A DNA stretch of 64,000 bases. Origin: Balanoglossus misakiensis (Eukaryota > Animalia > Hemichordata). The translations under genes and the position numbers were made by a program. Below are positions 13,796 through 28,702 of the stretch, one piece after another. The stretch covers positions 5,036,213 through 5,100,212 of the forward strand of contig CM082589.2 of assembly GCA_040954595.2 (NCBI GenBank), written 5' to 3'. Position 1 is the stretch's first letter. Every line of letters begins with the position of its first letter. The notes under the pieces are model-generated. The model ran no database searches. It was not told the origin of the DNA and saw only the letters and a list, made by a program, of their open reading frames with translations.

Positions 13796-15111
13796 TGAAC
13801 GTATTCCATCTCTACAACAAAACGAAATAAGGCAAGCTTTAACGCTGAAAGCATTTTGTATTGTCTTGAATAAAAACAACAACATCGGTTCAATTATCAT
13901 CCTGAATAAAACCGTCACGAGTAACAATTCAGAATGTGAGTAACATTACTCTAGTGGATTATTTGATTTCGAATCCTAATTCGAATACCATCGTTATAAA
14001 TTACTGTCATTATTCGTACTTTCCGTTATTTTTTGTGGATAATTTCTGTTGGTCGAGTATCAGTGTTGCTGAGAAAAAGAGCGCCCTCAGCAGGGAATAT
14101 CTTTGTTTCCTGTGCAGTGATTCTCAATCGATTATTCCTGCTTTGCGTTTTAAGAGGAGTAACGAGCTATCAGGCAGGGTATGTTTATGTGCATTGAATG
14201 TAACCGTAACTGTATTTAGCTGTCCATGTAAAAGATTACATGCTTGCGTAGAGACAAGTTAAACATGAACCCGTACATATAAACATTAACGTTAAAATCG
14301 AACTCTAATGAGCGAAACTTATTCATACAGAAAAAAAGCAAGTCGTTAAATTGGACAAGAACTCATTTCGCTGCGCATCAGTATGCATGAAACGGTCACT
14401 TCAATTTTCGATCGAACTTGTTGACGATTTTGTTCACTTCGATTAGTCACATGCGAGCTATGTGTGACGTCAAAGGAGCCTGAAATAGACAGATAGTCAT
14501 TGCGCACCCTTTACACGTTTCATTGTCTTCAGTGTGGAGACCTCGGCCTTGATTGTTGTAGCAGATAAAAGTAAGTTGATTCTCAGGGAACGATCTGTCG
14601 AGATTGAGCGCAAACGCCAATGATTCGCGCATCTTATTTTCGTGCGCATGCGGTTGTGGTACATGCTAAAATGATTAATTGGATCTGGAGATAATTAACA
14701 GAAACAAATCATAATTGCATTTAGACTTTTACTACATGGTTACATTAATTAAATAGCGTCAATGACAACTTTTGCCGTGAATGATTGCACTGTGGGGTCT
14801 AGGAGCGGAGCCCCCCGTGTGCGCTGTTGATTGGGGATTGCATAAGTCATGCAGGTTCAAATGATGTCCTGACAACGTACCGTTATAACGCATCTAATGG
14901 TAAGAAAGTAACAAGTTACACTGGGGGGTTCCAAGCGAAGATTCGCAGGTGGCACAGCCAAAAGATCGCGTGGTAGTTGATGGATCTTGGTCTGTACAGT
15001 TAGTCCTATCTCCGCTGTGATCTCGCTCTATGCGAGACCTGCTGTCGTCCGTGGCAATCTGCTGGGCGTGTTCGCGCTCGCGAGACGTGCACGTCGGTAT
15101 ATATCCACGAG

Positions 15112-18100
15112 ATGCACTTCCCGAACAGCAGCAGATATGTACCGGAGAACATGAAGCGGGATCGAATGATGCTCATTCTGCTGACGGTGGTGGGGCTCTG
15201 CTTCTTGGTGTTCGTCGTCTGCGTCATCGTCGTGGTGAACAACGTCCACTCTCGTCACACCGCGCCGCACGAAGACTCGAAGCAGCAGCCCTCCCCTCCC
15301 CACACGACGGAAAATGAAGAGGTAAGTGCGTACCTGCCCCTCAATGCGTTGTACCCGGTACACTCGGAGTCTCCGCTACGTGTCTGATTAACCGGTTATA
15401 GCGCCAATATTCCACACGCTTCGCCGTCAAATTTCGAGCTGAGCTCGGAAGCTTGATGCGTACTTTCAACGGAAGCGGCCCAACTTAGCCTTCAGAAATA
15501 CTCGTCACACTATCACTTTCCCAATGTAAAATGCATCGATTTTGTAAAGTCGTCAAACTCCAGTTGAAGTTACGATTCAACTTAAATACACTTGACTTCA
15601 CTTTAGTGAAGATCTAATGTTAATTATTTCCGCGGTATTTCCTGGTCGAGTTGATATTGCTAAATTACATTAAACTTGATAAAAATTATTTCAATGCTGT
15701 ATTAGAAGTTTAGGGTTTAGCGGTTTATAGTACGTGGGAAATGACCATTGTTTTGCCACCATGTAGACAGTGTGCGTTATGTAAACCATATGCATGATAT
15801 AAGCCATGGCTGGTGGCTGGACCTCAGACTATTGTCTCTTGGGTCAATCTACATATTATACCTCCAGGTGCGACGTACGGGTCGAGTTGAATTGCTCTTG
15901 TTCAATTTTTTCTGCTCATGTCTAAACTACTTTCCACCTACATTTAAGATTTCGGCTTCGAGGGGACACGCAGCATTGAATTTGCTTGCCTTGGTCTGTG
16001 TTCAGATCTTTAAATTGACTGGCGGGGTTTCTCGCGAAAGCCATTTTGATTTCAGTTCCGCTGCTAATATTGGCTTGTCGTCGTGGTTGTCTGCTGTCGT
16101 GACGTAAGCTCACCGCAAGTCAAGGATATTTTGAACAGGGACTAATAGGCCTTACCCAGCACGCGGAAAACATTACGGCGTGGTTCAAGAAAACCAATTA
16201 ACGTAGTTTCGCAGTACGGGGGGACGTTTGTCAACCGTTACTGAATGAGTGTCACAGTCATGGTAGACCTATATTGTTTGCACGCGACGTTAATGAAAGT
16301 AACCATACTTTGTATTGGCATACGAGAGCGGGTTTATGTATAGTCTCAGATCTATGAAAAAGAACACGAAAAAGATACAGAAATGGTTTAGATTTATTAC
16401 CTGCATAATTATTCATTCCTGGACAGCGGTTATACTTAAGTGATACATTGTGAGCTGCATTAGACATTAAATGCAAACATTTATATAACAAATGTATGCC
16501 AAGAAACCATACACTAATGATTCGCTAATCGATTTGTTTTATGTTTTTTTTTAAACACACCGATCTCGTTCAGTACTGATTGCGTTGCGGGAGACACGGG
16601 CAATAACAGCTACTCAGTCAAATTGGAGTTTACTCTATAGCTGCGTATACGTGTATATACATTGACCGCCAAAGCTTGGCTCTGAACCGTACTGTATCTA
16701 GCATCAATTTGTAGTCGGAAAACGATATTGCCAATCTTTGATGGCTCAATTAGATTGATATCGTGGGTGTATTTTCTATTCTGGAAACGAAAGATCCTCA
16801 GAATGACCATTAGCTTGCTTTTGAACTCACCGAACAGACTAGCTTGTGTGCAGAATGTGTGTATTTCGCTCAAGAACCATAATCCCAGCGTCACGGTCAA
16901 CGGGATAAACGACAAAACACTGATTATTGGGTTGTACAAAATATCTGACGCGTAACATTTAACAATTCCGATTGTTTAAACGAGCAGAATGTAACGTTAA
17001 TCAGGGTAGACGACTATTAAGATAATGATATAATTATTTCATGGGCCCAAACAAGTTTTCATTCACTACATATGTAATGTGACCTAAATAGAGCGTTGAA
17101 CAGATGCCATGTTATCCAAGAAATTATACTAAAGAGAGATCCCATTTCCTGTGAGTGCGCGTTTTGCACATCGGGTGATAATTTGAGAGGCAGCAATTGG
17201 TTGTCAATAGTATGCGAGGTGACACCTGGCTAATTAACCCCTCCATAGTGCAGTCAATGCAGACTAAGCAATAGACACGTCAGTTGGTGCAATCTGGAGG
17301 AGTTAATTCAAAACAGAACAATTTCCGGTGCCCATACAATTTGTTACTCTGTCAATTATTGTCGCAGTGACTGAACAGTCTCGACCACCACTGATGTAAA
17401 TCTCTTTAAGTTATTACAGTAAAAGTGCAATTCTGAGTCAGCATGTGTTAATATTCGAAGTCGATTACGATTTGCTTTCCTTTACGAACATTATTTATTG
17501 TCCATCGAATCAATTCATTCAAACAATTAAGCGCAGTAATTTTAGAAATGTGAACATTTGCAGTTTGTGCATTAGAAACTATGCTATGTGTCTATAAATG
17601 CAATATAATAACCGGTTCAATTTTACTGGCCTGAAAAAAAAAACTGATATTAAAATATCGCAAATCTATGGACGTTATTTTGACGTGCTCCAGATCATGT
17701 AGTCGTCTGCCGATATCGTGATTTTCTATCTTGGAGATTACCAACGCCAGGTGAATTACCTTAATTTGTTTCTGGGGCATTCTGTGCTCTTGATTAACTT
17801 CCGTTATCTCCCGGTGTAATATGACCTCGGGGAGGGTAGCCAGCGGTGGATGTCATGAAACCCGTAGCGATAGTTATCATTATGAAATACCACGAGCGAT
17901 TTGATTGAGCTTATTTACCTAAAGACTGTACTGCTAGTACAATATTGCTTTTCCCCAAAATTTACTCTTATAATGAAATCGCTGTCTTTTTGTACGGAGC
18001 TACTTTGTGCACGGTCTTTGATGGCACAGATCTGTACGTGACTTGAGAGGGCTATTTTTGGGCCTCTTATATTTGCGTTGCTTTTGATAACTTTCTTGGC

Positions 18101-20735
18101 GTACGCAAGACGCACCTTCCACACATACGTAGGGAACTAGGCATTTCAACCTGTTAAGCAATAAAACTCTCCCCAACATGGCTGTATCAGTTTTGCACTC
18201 GGAATTAAGACGATCATTCAATCCAGATACCATATTTCCAACCAATGATTATGAGTGAAAAAACTGAGATTACAAGGGCATTGTTATGGAAATTAAATAT
18301 CGTCTCTTTTCCCTTCTTACCAGTGGGAATAATTGGAAACGGAAAAATTGAAAGTAACGCCACCGTACAGTGATATCCCAAGTGACTCTTATAAGCTTTC
18401 AATATTAACTGTTTCCCCGCTTACAATATTTAAAATTTCAATATATCAAAAACATCTGTACGTTTTGAGGTTTTCGCGTTCATTATTGGAATACAATTGA
18501 TGGGATAATTGATCGATGAGTCAAACATCTGACAAAGTCTTGCATATTTTCCCTTCGCGACAGAATTGCTTCCATAATGAACGCGAGACATCAAAGCACG
18601 AGGGTGGTGAGGCAGTGAATTCTTTGAAATAAGTGACCATTTTCACGTTGATGTCGGGTGGTGTACCTCTGTAAATTCAATAGCTTGTAGATTATGCCGG
18701 AAAAAGATTATCTGCTATTAAAATTATACAACTCCACAGAATCATGGATAATGCGAGATTTTGAAGGGTTGCCATTCCGGAAAACAGTTCTCAACGAAGT
18801 GAATAGAGCGTGAGATTGCGGTTTGACGTGAATGAATCGAAGCAGTGCAGTTGTCTCGATTTCGCTTAATGGAAAATCGTCTGTTACGGCTGCACTATTT
18901 GTTATCCCGATGATTATTTCAATTTAGATTATAATGTCCAAGAAAACAACTGATGGATTATTTCCAGCGTGATTTCGTTGGATAATTGCCTGGGGGTAAA
19001 ACCCATCCAGATGGGGGGAATTGTCGCACAGCATTTCATTCTAATATTGACGAGAGAACGGCGATCTTTAATAAAACATGTTCCAAAATCATCTTGGTGG
19101 AATATTTGAAGGAAACATCTTGATTCTAACTGCTAAACTTTGACTTTCATGCGAAGAAAAGGAAATCATATTAGCAATCCCTAGCAATGTCTGCAATGTA
19201 TTATCAGTAATGATCACACTGTTTGACATTTTTCTCTCTTTACTTACACTGTTTACCAGGAAGCATTGCCGAGCAAGGCCAAGCTAACTGGTGCTCTGGG
19301 CAACAACGTTTCATACAATGGTAACACCACAACTAACTGCCCAAATGGACGTTGTCCGCCTGTCAACACAAAGCAACAGGTAAAGTCTTATTTAATTCCG
19401 TTACTTCTAGTTTGTGTTATCTATACACCCACACTTGTCTGTCATTATATTGCGGTACCATCTATAACAAGTTCACATCACACTAATACAACAAAATGCA
19501 CAGCACGTCGTCATGGCTGTCGATACCCCTGGTATCAATTGCTTTATGCTGTCCGGTATCAATATATTGAGGGAATACCTTTCTGAAATAGTGGATTTCT
19601 TCTCTGACATTTGACAAAATTCTCACTGCTCTGATGCAAAGGTTTTTGGTGCCAGCAAAGCTGAACAACTCCACAAAGTTGAAACGTATTCTACTCATGT
19701 ATAGGAAAATACCTAGGCTTATGACGTCGTTGCTTCGTAATGCTCAGACCAATTCGCTTCGTGGGTTTTGTGGCGCCATGATCCGTATTGCTAATCATGC
19801 CAACTCTGTGAGCCTCAAATAGAATTACAGCTGTTGTCCTGAAGCGAAATCCCAAAAGACCTTTGCATTCTCAGCAAAGCATTTCAAACTTTAATGTCTG
19901 TCTAATCTACAGTAATGTAACAGTTCGGCTGGCCGGGCGTGTTCCCAAAGTAACGTCAAGGATCCGTGTTTACTCGTACCGTACCGTCAGGGCCCACTCA
20001 GCCAAATCTGCCACGCCCACCACACCAACACAACCCGTACAGCAGCACGATACAACTTTTTTTCTTATTATCATCATTTTCTGTATAAGACTGTATACAT
20101 GTATTCTCTTCTGGCAATAATATTCATTTGGGAGGACCCCAGGAGGTTGCCAGAACTGAATACGACGCGCTTTCATCAAACACGTCAAATAAGTGACGCT
20201 TCCTCTTTCATGTGCAACCAGATCCCCGGGACATTCAGGAATCGTGACAAAAAATCACAGAAAGTAATCACACGCATACAGTGGTGAATAGAGTCTTGTG
20301 TCGTCAACACGCAAGAGGTTAACAATCTTTTTTAACAGGGATTCATAAAATACACTTACTTTGAAAAGGGGTGGACATGTTTTTGAAATTACAAACAAAT
20401 TGCGAAAACTGTGACGACAAGCGAGCATTAAAGGAAAACGTCGTCGTCACGATTACTTCATCCTTTTGACTGACACGCATTTGTCATGAACAAGACGAGG
20501 GGATAAAGTCAAGTGGTGTTTTCCCCACGCGGTGTGATGTCACGTGCGTGTTACTTCCTTTTCAAATGACATGATTGGGCCATCATAAGCAGGAAGAGTC
20601 CTTTTTACGTATATGAAACACGGAGAAATCAGATTAGGATTTCTTTGATTCCAGACTACATCCGAGCTTCTCACGAATTTGCTCAATAAGGACCATCTTC
20701 AGAGAGCGTCCACTGTCAACATCTGTATCCAGTGA
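15112..20735 (+). CDS. Putative small single-pass (type II) membrane protein of unknown function; exons 15112-15321, 19260-19379 and possibly 20655-20735
   Basis: GC-rich exon with TM segment MMLILLTVVGLCFLVFVVCVIVVV ending at GAG|gtaagt; phase-0 exon after a polypyrimidine ccag at 19260 (EALPSK...CPNGRCPPVNTKQQ|gtaaag). The last exon is uncertain; an alternative acceptor lies near 23074. Confidence 0.45.
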
Positions 20736-23700
20736 TGCGTGGCTCTCCACTCCGAAGTGTTGGCATTTTAATTGCGCAAGTACTTGTCTAGCGTGGTCTC
20801 AACAGGTAAAACCTTCTCAGCGGCGCGGCAACCGTCGTCAGGGGAACGCCGTTTGCTGGAAATCCAAATTCCAGCAAACGTGGCGTCGGCGAAGATTTAC
20901 TGCTTTCGCCAATGCTGCCTCGCGTCACAAGCTGTTATTCTTAATCTGAGGTGGTAAAAGCTGGTCACGCGTGTTACGTTATGTTTGTATTTGACTAGAT
21001 TCAATTTTGATTGGGGTTAACTTCGAAACTGGATATCAATTTTCACATTTCGCGGTGGCTGCAGATCGAATAAAAAATAACATGGTTGGCAGATTTTTTT
21101 ATCTGGGATTTTAATTCTCGTTGCTGTATAAGACTGGGTTACACCATTAATATTTTTCTTCATATGTTACCGCCCAATGTTCACTACGTTTTATATCAGC
21201 AGTCACGTTAAACTCGTTCTGCTAACACATTTCATTTCATATCGTTGAATCGAAGAGTTGTAAAACATCACATTGCAAAATTGCAATCGCCTCAAACTTA
21301 CTGTGCTTCGTGAAATACAAGCGATGGCATCAATTTAACCTTTTCTCCGTACTTTTCGTACGTCAGCATTTGGCTTTCAATGGATTCGTGTCCATGGCAA
21401 CATGCCAAAGGATGGGAAAATGACTTATAAATGACAGACTGTGTTATTTATTTGGAGTCGAGTCGCCGAAAGATAGAATCTGAGATCGTGTATTCGCAAA
21501 ACCCTCGATATCTTAAACCTTTGAGTCTTCGAGTGGTTTGGTTTTTTGAATACTTTTTTTTTTCAAGTGTGCCGCCGAATCCCTTGTCGTGTTTACTAAA
21601 ACGTTTCGGAAAATTAAAGGTTGAACTGTGTTTCGAGGTTTCGCAAGAACTGGCACCCACTTCGAATTCATGACCTTCGGCGGTAGAATATGGCGCATTT
21701 TCATTGCACGCGTATGTAATGTTGAAATCACAGATATTTGATCGTTCTTGGCTTTACATAATTGGGTTCAATTTGCAGACATTGAGATTGTCCATGTTAT
21801 CACAACGGCGTTCAAAATCGAGTCGAAAACGATTTTACCTCTACAACGTTGCTTCGTGAGTCACTGGACTGACTCGCTGATCGTGATGAGTGAGTCCAAA
21901 GATTCCCTAGTCTCAGTCGGTGTTAGGCGGCAGTTCAGTCCCAGCCTGTGACACAAATATGTCTCCATACCAGATATAGAAATTATATAGAACGTAAAAA
22001 AATAAAACGTAACACTGTACTGTCCTCGAATCGCGAACTCATCAAAGTCGATAAAATTTATTACGCCCGGAAGCATGTTTACATGCTGGCACAAATTTAG
22101 ATCACGCATGCATATTGCAGGAACTCTCTTTATTGGGATTTTTACCGATTCAAATGAGATGATGAAAAAAAAAAGATAACGACATACATTACGCTCAAAG
22201 TACCATAACATGTTTAACAGCTGTAATCTACGCAGGTCTTCAATTCCCTTGGGAATCTTTGTTGACTCAGATGTGCATCGCGAGAAGACCCAGAGTGCCT
22301 TGCCAAAGCGATTACACCTCGTCAACACTGAACCATGAAATTGTGATGAGTCAATGGCATGTGTGCATGGTCTTAGCGATATATAACATGTATTAGTATC
22401 GCTCATTATAAATATAAATTAAAGTTGATGATCTGTTTACAAATGGTACAGATTTTAAAAGCGTATTCTATTTACTCCCTTTCTGATCATGATAACACAG
22501 TGCATGAAAGTGGACTTCAAGGTCGGGATATTGAATTTTGACTTGTTTAAAATTTCCTCTTCGGTCTTGGAGCAATTGCATTGAGTGGGATAATTGCCTG
22601 GAGTCAAAGTGCACAGATTCATTCATAGATCGATTATGTTCGGGTTGGGGATTACCAGGAACTTGTTGTGTTGAAATAATAGATGTTGTTGGGGCATGAA
22701 CAATTCCTGATCTCGGTGGCAGCCGCCGTTGGCTTTCAGTGGCGCAGGCGTCATCTCCCAAGACTCTGAAATATAATCCGGGGTTGCTGGTGTGTTTCAT
22801 AATCGAGGAAGATTGGGGTCGTTTGCACCATACAGACCACGAATACCAACTCGTCCTCGTGCTTGAGATTTCTATGCGTTTTTTTGTTGAATCTCTCAGG
22901 ACTACACGTGAGAAAAGTCTAGACGTAGAAAAAAGAATAGTTGTTTAAAGGGTCAAAGTCTCTCTCTCGTTGCCCATTTTCCATTAATTATGTTGGATCC
23001 AAATCAGATATGCAATATTTTAACATATGTATATACAATGACCGGATTATGTATCTATATCATTTTCCTGACAGAGCAAATCAGGGACAGACCCAGCATA
23101 ATCGTTGGCGGAAAACTTTAAGGGCTTTAAGACCATTGCTATAGCAACTACCACTTCTTGAGCTACGATCACTTCGCGCTGTCTTCGATGAAGAATGAAG
23201 AATGTTGGGCGACGCGTTTGGACACACGATCACAGGAGTGGTTGCCATGGTGATTTTAATGAAATATCTTCAAAACATGCACCGTGACCAATTATGGACT
23301 TAAGGGAAGCATACAAGTACAAGATACTGCACGAAACATTTTTCATATCCTGAACATGAGCAGGGATCTGTTCCTTGTTTTCGGTCACAACAGCAGCGTG
23401 TTTTGGGGAACTCTTCTTTGACGCACTGGCGTTTTGACTGTTTTTTGCCAGAAGCTTTATCCAGAATTTATGAGACTAGTGTTGCTGTATTTTAACAAAC
23501 ACGTTTTATTTTCCTTTTGTCAGATCAGACACAAAGACACAAATATTACATCTCCAGGAAAAAAATAATCTCAGTCATGTACATTTAAAGAATTTTCTGA
23601 GCTTGCGCTCTCTGGAATGGGTTTTATGTGCCACGGCAATTGCAAACAGAAAAGGTGTCTTCGAAATCACAGAAGAATCACAAGTTTTGTCCCAGTTGAT

Positions 23701-25953
23701 TTACCAGGTAAACCGACCAGATCGATAAATTCTTTTTAAAATTATATCTGTTTTTATTGAATCGATGCGTAATGGGCTACAGTGTATACATGCACTATTG
23801 CGAGACCAGTACCTTAGCCGAAGAACATTTCATGCTTTATCGCTGATGAGCTCACATAGCCTGGGTCACGTAGGCACACATAACTTGGGCGAGAGTTTAT
23901 AATAGGCAATATTCGTTCCAATTCATCCAAACAAGCACCGCGGGTGTTTGCCATGACGGAAGTCTCTTGTGTTCTGTTACCATGGAAGCAGGTGGATTAA
24001 TCGGGACAACAACCTGATTTTTCATGGTTCGAAGGTGGGTATTTCATCTGTCTTCGGCAATACGTGCAGTGCGTGACGTCACCAGCATGAGAAGATGATA
24101 TAACACGCATGTGCAAATTGATTTGAACACTGCAGGCTGACGCTGTTTAATTTTTCAATTTATAGAGCGGTCTGGGTAACATATGTGCAGTGTAGTCGCG
24201 CCAATTTGTTCAAGTCTGAAGTATTTTGAGAATAATTGTTAGTGTAAATCGTAGAATTGGATTGTCAAATTCCAAAGTGCATTAGCAGCAGAATTTTCAA
24301 TTCAAAGGCGGTCAACAATACAGTGAAGACATCCCGGAAGCTTGCGTTACTTGAGTGTGCCTGTAAAATTGCATTACTTCCATTGTGTAGAGTTCGGTCG
24401 TGTTACAATTCTCCCGAGCCGAACGTACCTATGGCATACTTGAGCACGGTCTCGGAGAGTGTAACCCGATTTACATGTGAGCATTGAACTCGACTGTGAT
24501 ATATTAAAGGCATACGTGACTGATGAAACCAAACGAGCAAGAGTACACAAATCTTGAAGTATGTCGCACATGCGTATTGGAATCTTTACAAATTCAAAAT
24601 GTCCGTCGGATCAGACAATAAAAAGAAGATTGGATTATTGGACTGGTAGAATATGCGAAAGGTGGCAGCTCGTATTATATTTTCCTTCTCTTCAATATCA
24701 TACTATTTGGATTTGCTTAGATAGAGTGGCTGTTTCGGTCACAATTATGGCATGTTGTTCATCTCTAACAATGGTATAACGTCTGCACAACTCAGTTTGG
24801 TGATGTCACATGGCGTATCATAGGGATTTGGGAACCGGACACAGGATTACCGCGAGTCCGCGACCGATTTGGTCGTCGGGTCCTGGAGGGAACATCTCGT
24901 TAGCTCTGCAAACAAGTCGGTCACAGGCGTCCGTTTGAGAAGAGGATACCGCCGGGAGACTTCGGTAAACGCTCCTCTGATTGGCGTCATCCGGGTGGAA
25001 ATTTTTGATGAAGGCTTATACGAGTAAGTGGGGGCACTGTCGCTTTCCTTTTGGGGGTCTCGCCGCGGCCCTGAGCATGTGGTACGCCACCTCAGGTTCA
25101 CTCACTGTTGGCAAACATGTTTGATCTGCCTGGTCCCTGCAAGTTAAGGTCGAAAACATGTAATCGGAACAGCACATATTTTTTTTTATTTGGCCTTAGC
25201 TCCCCGAGACTGCCGTCAATCGTTATGACACTGGATTTTGTAAATGGAAACAGTGCCACTAAATAGGACTTGACGCTGATTGCAATCGATCGCCCAAGCA
25301 CACACTATCCGTAGTCTCGTTTGAGCAAATTACGCCCGCAGTCGATGAGGCTAATCACTCTCGAAAGCAAAACCCAATGGGATTTCATCAAACGACTGAG
25401 AGAGCCTCGTCATATCGCTGTAAACAAGGAGGAAGTCATCAGTCTCTTGTCATAGCCACGCATCGCATACCAAGCAAGGTGTGTGAAGTTTCCGGTGTAA
25501 TCTGTATGCCATTGGCTTGTACCACATTTTTTTACTCTAAGGAGTGTAAATAAAAAAGACAATGCCTGCAGGTGATCTGTTACTGACAATCAACAGCTGG
25601 GTATAGTGGAGAAAATAACTCACTATGGAATTTTGATATTCACTTTTGTTTTCAAACAACGAGCCTTTAAAGTGCCAGCTGTCGATTTTTGCATACATTA
25701 TCGACTTCTGAAAATGTGTTACTTTTGATAAATTTACACGTTTACGAGTGTGACCCGGTAAAATTGTTTCATTTAAAAAATGGTACAAATTCTTATGGTT
25801 TAAAATACTAGTATTGACAAAAGTTAAAATCACCAAAATTGCAATAAACGTGGATCTCATCTTTAAAACGCAGTAAGAATTCTCAGACTTCATGACATCT
25901 CGCTTTACATACATAATGGTCCCTCGTGCATACATATATACGTGTACATGGTA

Positions 25954-27752
25954 TTATGATGTAAACTGTGCACGAACATGGGCTAGGTCATCTTGGCCCC
26001 TTCTGATGGTGAAATTCAACGTATTTAACTGGTTTTCATCTTCCCACATGGTGACCAATGGTTCGTCATATTTCATTCCTACACCCGTGTACACGGTCGA
26101 CACTTCCTTAACTCTAAGCGTTGCATAGTTACCAGTGAACTTCTCCAACGCTTTGCACTCAAGTGCCTTGCTCGCACATACTTCGCAGAATCGTAGATAC
26201 GAAATCGACGTCAACCAATTGAGAAGGGTATCGATGGGCATGACTTTGACTGTGTGAGAAAAACTGCCTGCTCTTTCCTTATGCGGTTTCATCACGGTTA
26301 TCCCGGGGACTTTTCTGAGCTCGGCATACCTCTGGAGAAACCAATCAGGGAGGGGCTTAGGGGCGTATGTTCTCGGGTCTGCAAAGACCATTGTTCCATC
26401 AGCTGTACACAGGGGCTCGTCGTATAGCGGGCTGGAAATCTGTTGGCGGACTGTAAACGACGTCTTCCCAACTGCATAGATGAAGCAGGCAACAGCAACT
26501 GGCGTCAGAGGACGCTCTTCAAGAACTTCATACATTGTTTCATTGACACGCACTTGAAAGCCTAAGGCAAACAAGCCACTTTCGTTCTTTATTCGGAGCC
26601 TCTCCGCGTCATTAATTATAATTGAATCACCATATACTTGAGATGGGAAGCGAATGGGATAAAACATCTTCTGCACATTCGGCTTCTCTGCAAAACAATA
26701 AGTGTAATAGTTGATTTTCGCAAGCCTCTGACAAAGGTGAGAACTTTACCACACATGCGGGCGAGTTCACACCTTTGGAAAAGTAGTTACCCACATGGCG
26801 TAGATCAATTTGCATTTGATTTGTCTTTCGGCGATCTTGTAATAAAAAGAAAAAAAAGAATCACAAATCTTTAAACGCCAGGGCTCATGTCCGCTTTTAG
26901 GGCGCGAACATCATCAGACGCAAGGCCAACAACACCCAGTTCGCAAGGCACAAATGAACTCGAACTGCAGGCTTACGTAACTACATTTCCAATGTGTGAA
27001 CTCGCCCGCATAGGTGCTAAAATTACCATGCACGCTCACAAAGTTAGGTGTGTGACAAGTCCCTAAAGTCACATGGACCACCAGGCGGATATGGTAACCG
27101 CAATGGATGATGGTATAATTTGCGTTCAACATAGCGTCTAGTACATGGCTTATTCACGCGATCAGAACACAAATTGTCCCACAACTCCCTGCGTTATTAT
27201 ATCCGCGAAAAGTGGTCTATGAACGTTCTGGCCGCCATAATCCCTATTGTCTGACAGTAAGTCATCACGTTCAAAGACAACCGGACCTATTCGTTATGTC
27301 ATTCACTTTAATTTTCGATGGTTATTTTCCACGGAAAACAGTTGAATTCGGATCTTTTTTTACAGTCGGATTATTGACTACCGTAGACATAGAATGTCAT
27401 GGTGGTATATTCTCCGGCATTGGTGATTGAGAAAAAGCAGGCGGTCAGTTCTATCATCTATGGCTATATATGGCTTCTCCTTAATAACCAAACCCATGCC
27501 CGAAAGCTAGCACATATGAAAAAAAAAACACAGGAAACTTCCCATTTAATACTCACCAGCGTCTGTGTATTCGCATATTATTTCGGATGGCAATCCTTCG
27601 CTGAAAGTAGCAGTGGTTTTGCTGTCCACCTTCTCGATGTATCTGGCATAATGCAGACGACGAAAAGTTGTGGACAAAGGGCTTGCCAGAAACACCCTGT
27701 GCCCGCTGTTTGCACTTAGATTTGTGAACCGAACCAGACGAAGAGCCATCAT
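25954..27752 (-). CDS. Double HotDog-fold acyl-thioesterase-like protein with a putative mitochondrial presequence; exons 27752-27557 and 26687-25954
   Basis: HotDog motifs YAVGKTSFTVRQQI, MVFADPRTYAPKPLPDWF, FSHTVKV...SYLRFC, VKEVSTVYTG, LVTMWED...LNFTI. Junction G|gtgagt ... ttgttttgcag|AG is in phase. N-terminus is Arg/Ser/Leu-rich and lacks acidic residues. Confidence 0.8.
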
Positions 27753-27922
27753 ACTGTGGGCTACCTTCTCTAGGGTCTATGATGCTACCAAGACTGTCCC
27801 CAACTGAACGAATCCACGGTCTCTCCAATCAAACCGGTCTGGAGCGGTCAGTCACCTCTTATTTACATATGCCTATACGCTTTCGACGCGATTACATAAT
27901 GTATTGTTTTTCAGTTCTATAC

Positions 27923-28702
27923 CACGGTTACTAGCATCATGGAGGTACTAGAGAGAAGGAGCGAGGACGGATTTAAGCGGATTAAATCCCTTTCTTCTGA
28001 AGTGTGATAAGCTTCTTAAGTCTTTGTGTTTCTGTGTCGATAGCGTCCTTTGAACCCACTGTGTGTTGCCGTCGATTTTACAGTTAGGTTTGCAAGATCT
28101 ACGGGGTAATATTTCTATGATATTAAAAACGTTATGCGCACATCGCGGACGAGGGTACTACATATGCGCGGTGACTTTTAAAACATCCAGGGGTCACAGT
28201 TTGCGCGTCACCACTACCGGAAGCGTGTCAAGCGGACGTCTTGGAAGACTTGTAGCGTTATTTCTCTTGTTTGTACAACCAAAAAGTATGATTTTGAAAT
28301 GAATATTTTGAGTTTGTAGCAATGTTCAGCAAAAAACAACAAGTTCATAAGTTTTATTTGAAAACCAATCTTCCCGATGCAAGCTGTCTTGTTAGTGTGA
28401 AATGGTGAGAAGTGCCCGATATTCGCCATTGTAATTGTCAGTGTAGAGACGTTCGGCACAGCAGTTTGGTCCGGTTGTTTATGCTTAGAGACGCAACGCC
28501 AGCTATGATTTGTTTATCTACGCAAGCGCACAGCTTTAATGAACGCCTATCAGGTGATAAAAGGTTGAGAGCCTAATGTTATCTGCAAACAGATTAAAAC
28601 GCACATGGGGTTCATAGGAAACAATAGCGTCCTCGCTCCTTCTCTCTAGTACCTCCATGCTAGCATGGAGGTACTAGTACCTCCATGTTACTAGTAACCG
28701 TG
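27923..28702. mobile_element. Nested P-superfamily-like insertion cluster: a 722-bp MITE (27938-28659, 32-bp perfect TIR) at the end of a 24-bp palindromic footprint, inside a 20-bp palindromic footprint; 7-bp TSD at each level
   Basis: TIR CATGGAGGTACTAGAGAGAAGGAGCGAGGACG at 27938-27969 and its reverse complement at 28628-28659. TSDs: CTAGCAT (27931-27937 / 28660-28666), TTACTAG (27928-27934 / 28688-28694), TCTATAC (27916-27922 / 28703-28709). Confidence 0.9.

Noticed and set aside
21861-22406. 181-aa ORF
   Set aside because: Composition resembles translated non-coding DNA, with no motifs.
24847-25301. GC-richer segment with short minus-strand ORFs
   Set aside because: No homology or consistent exon structure visible.
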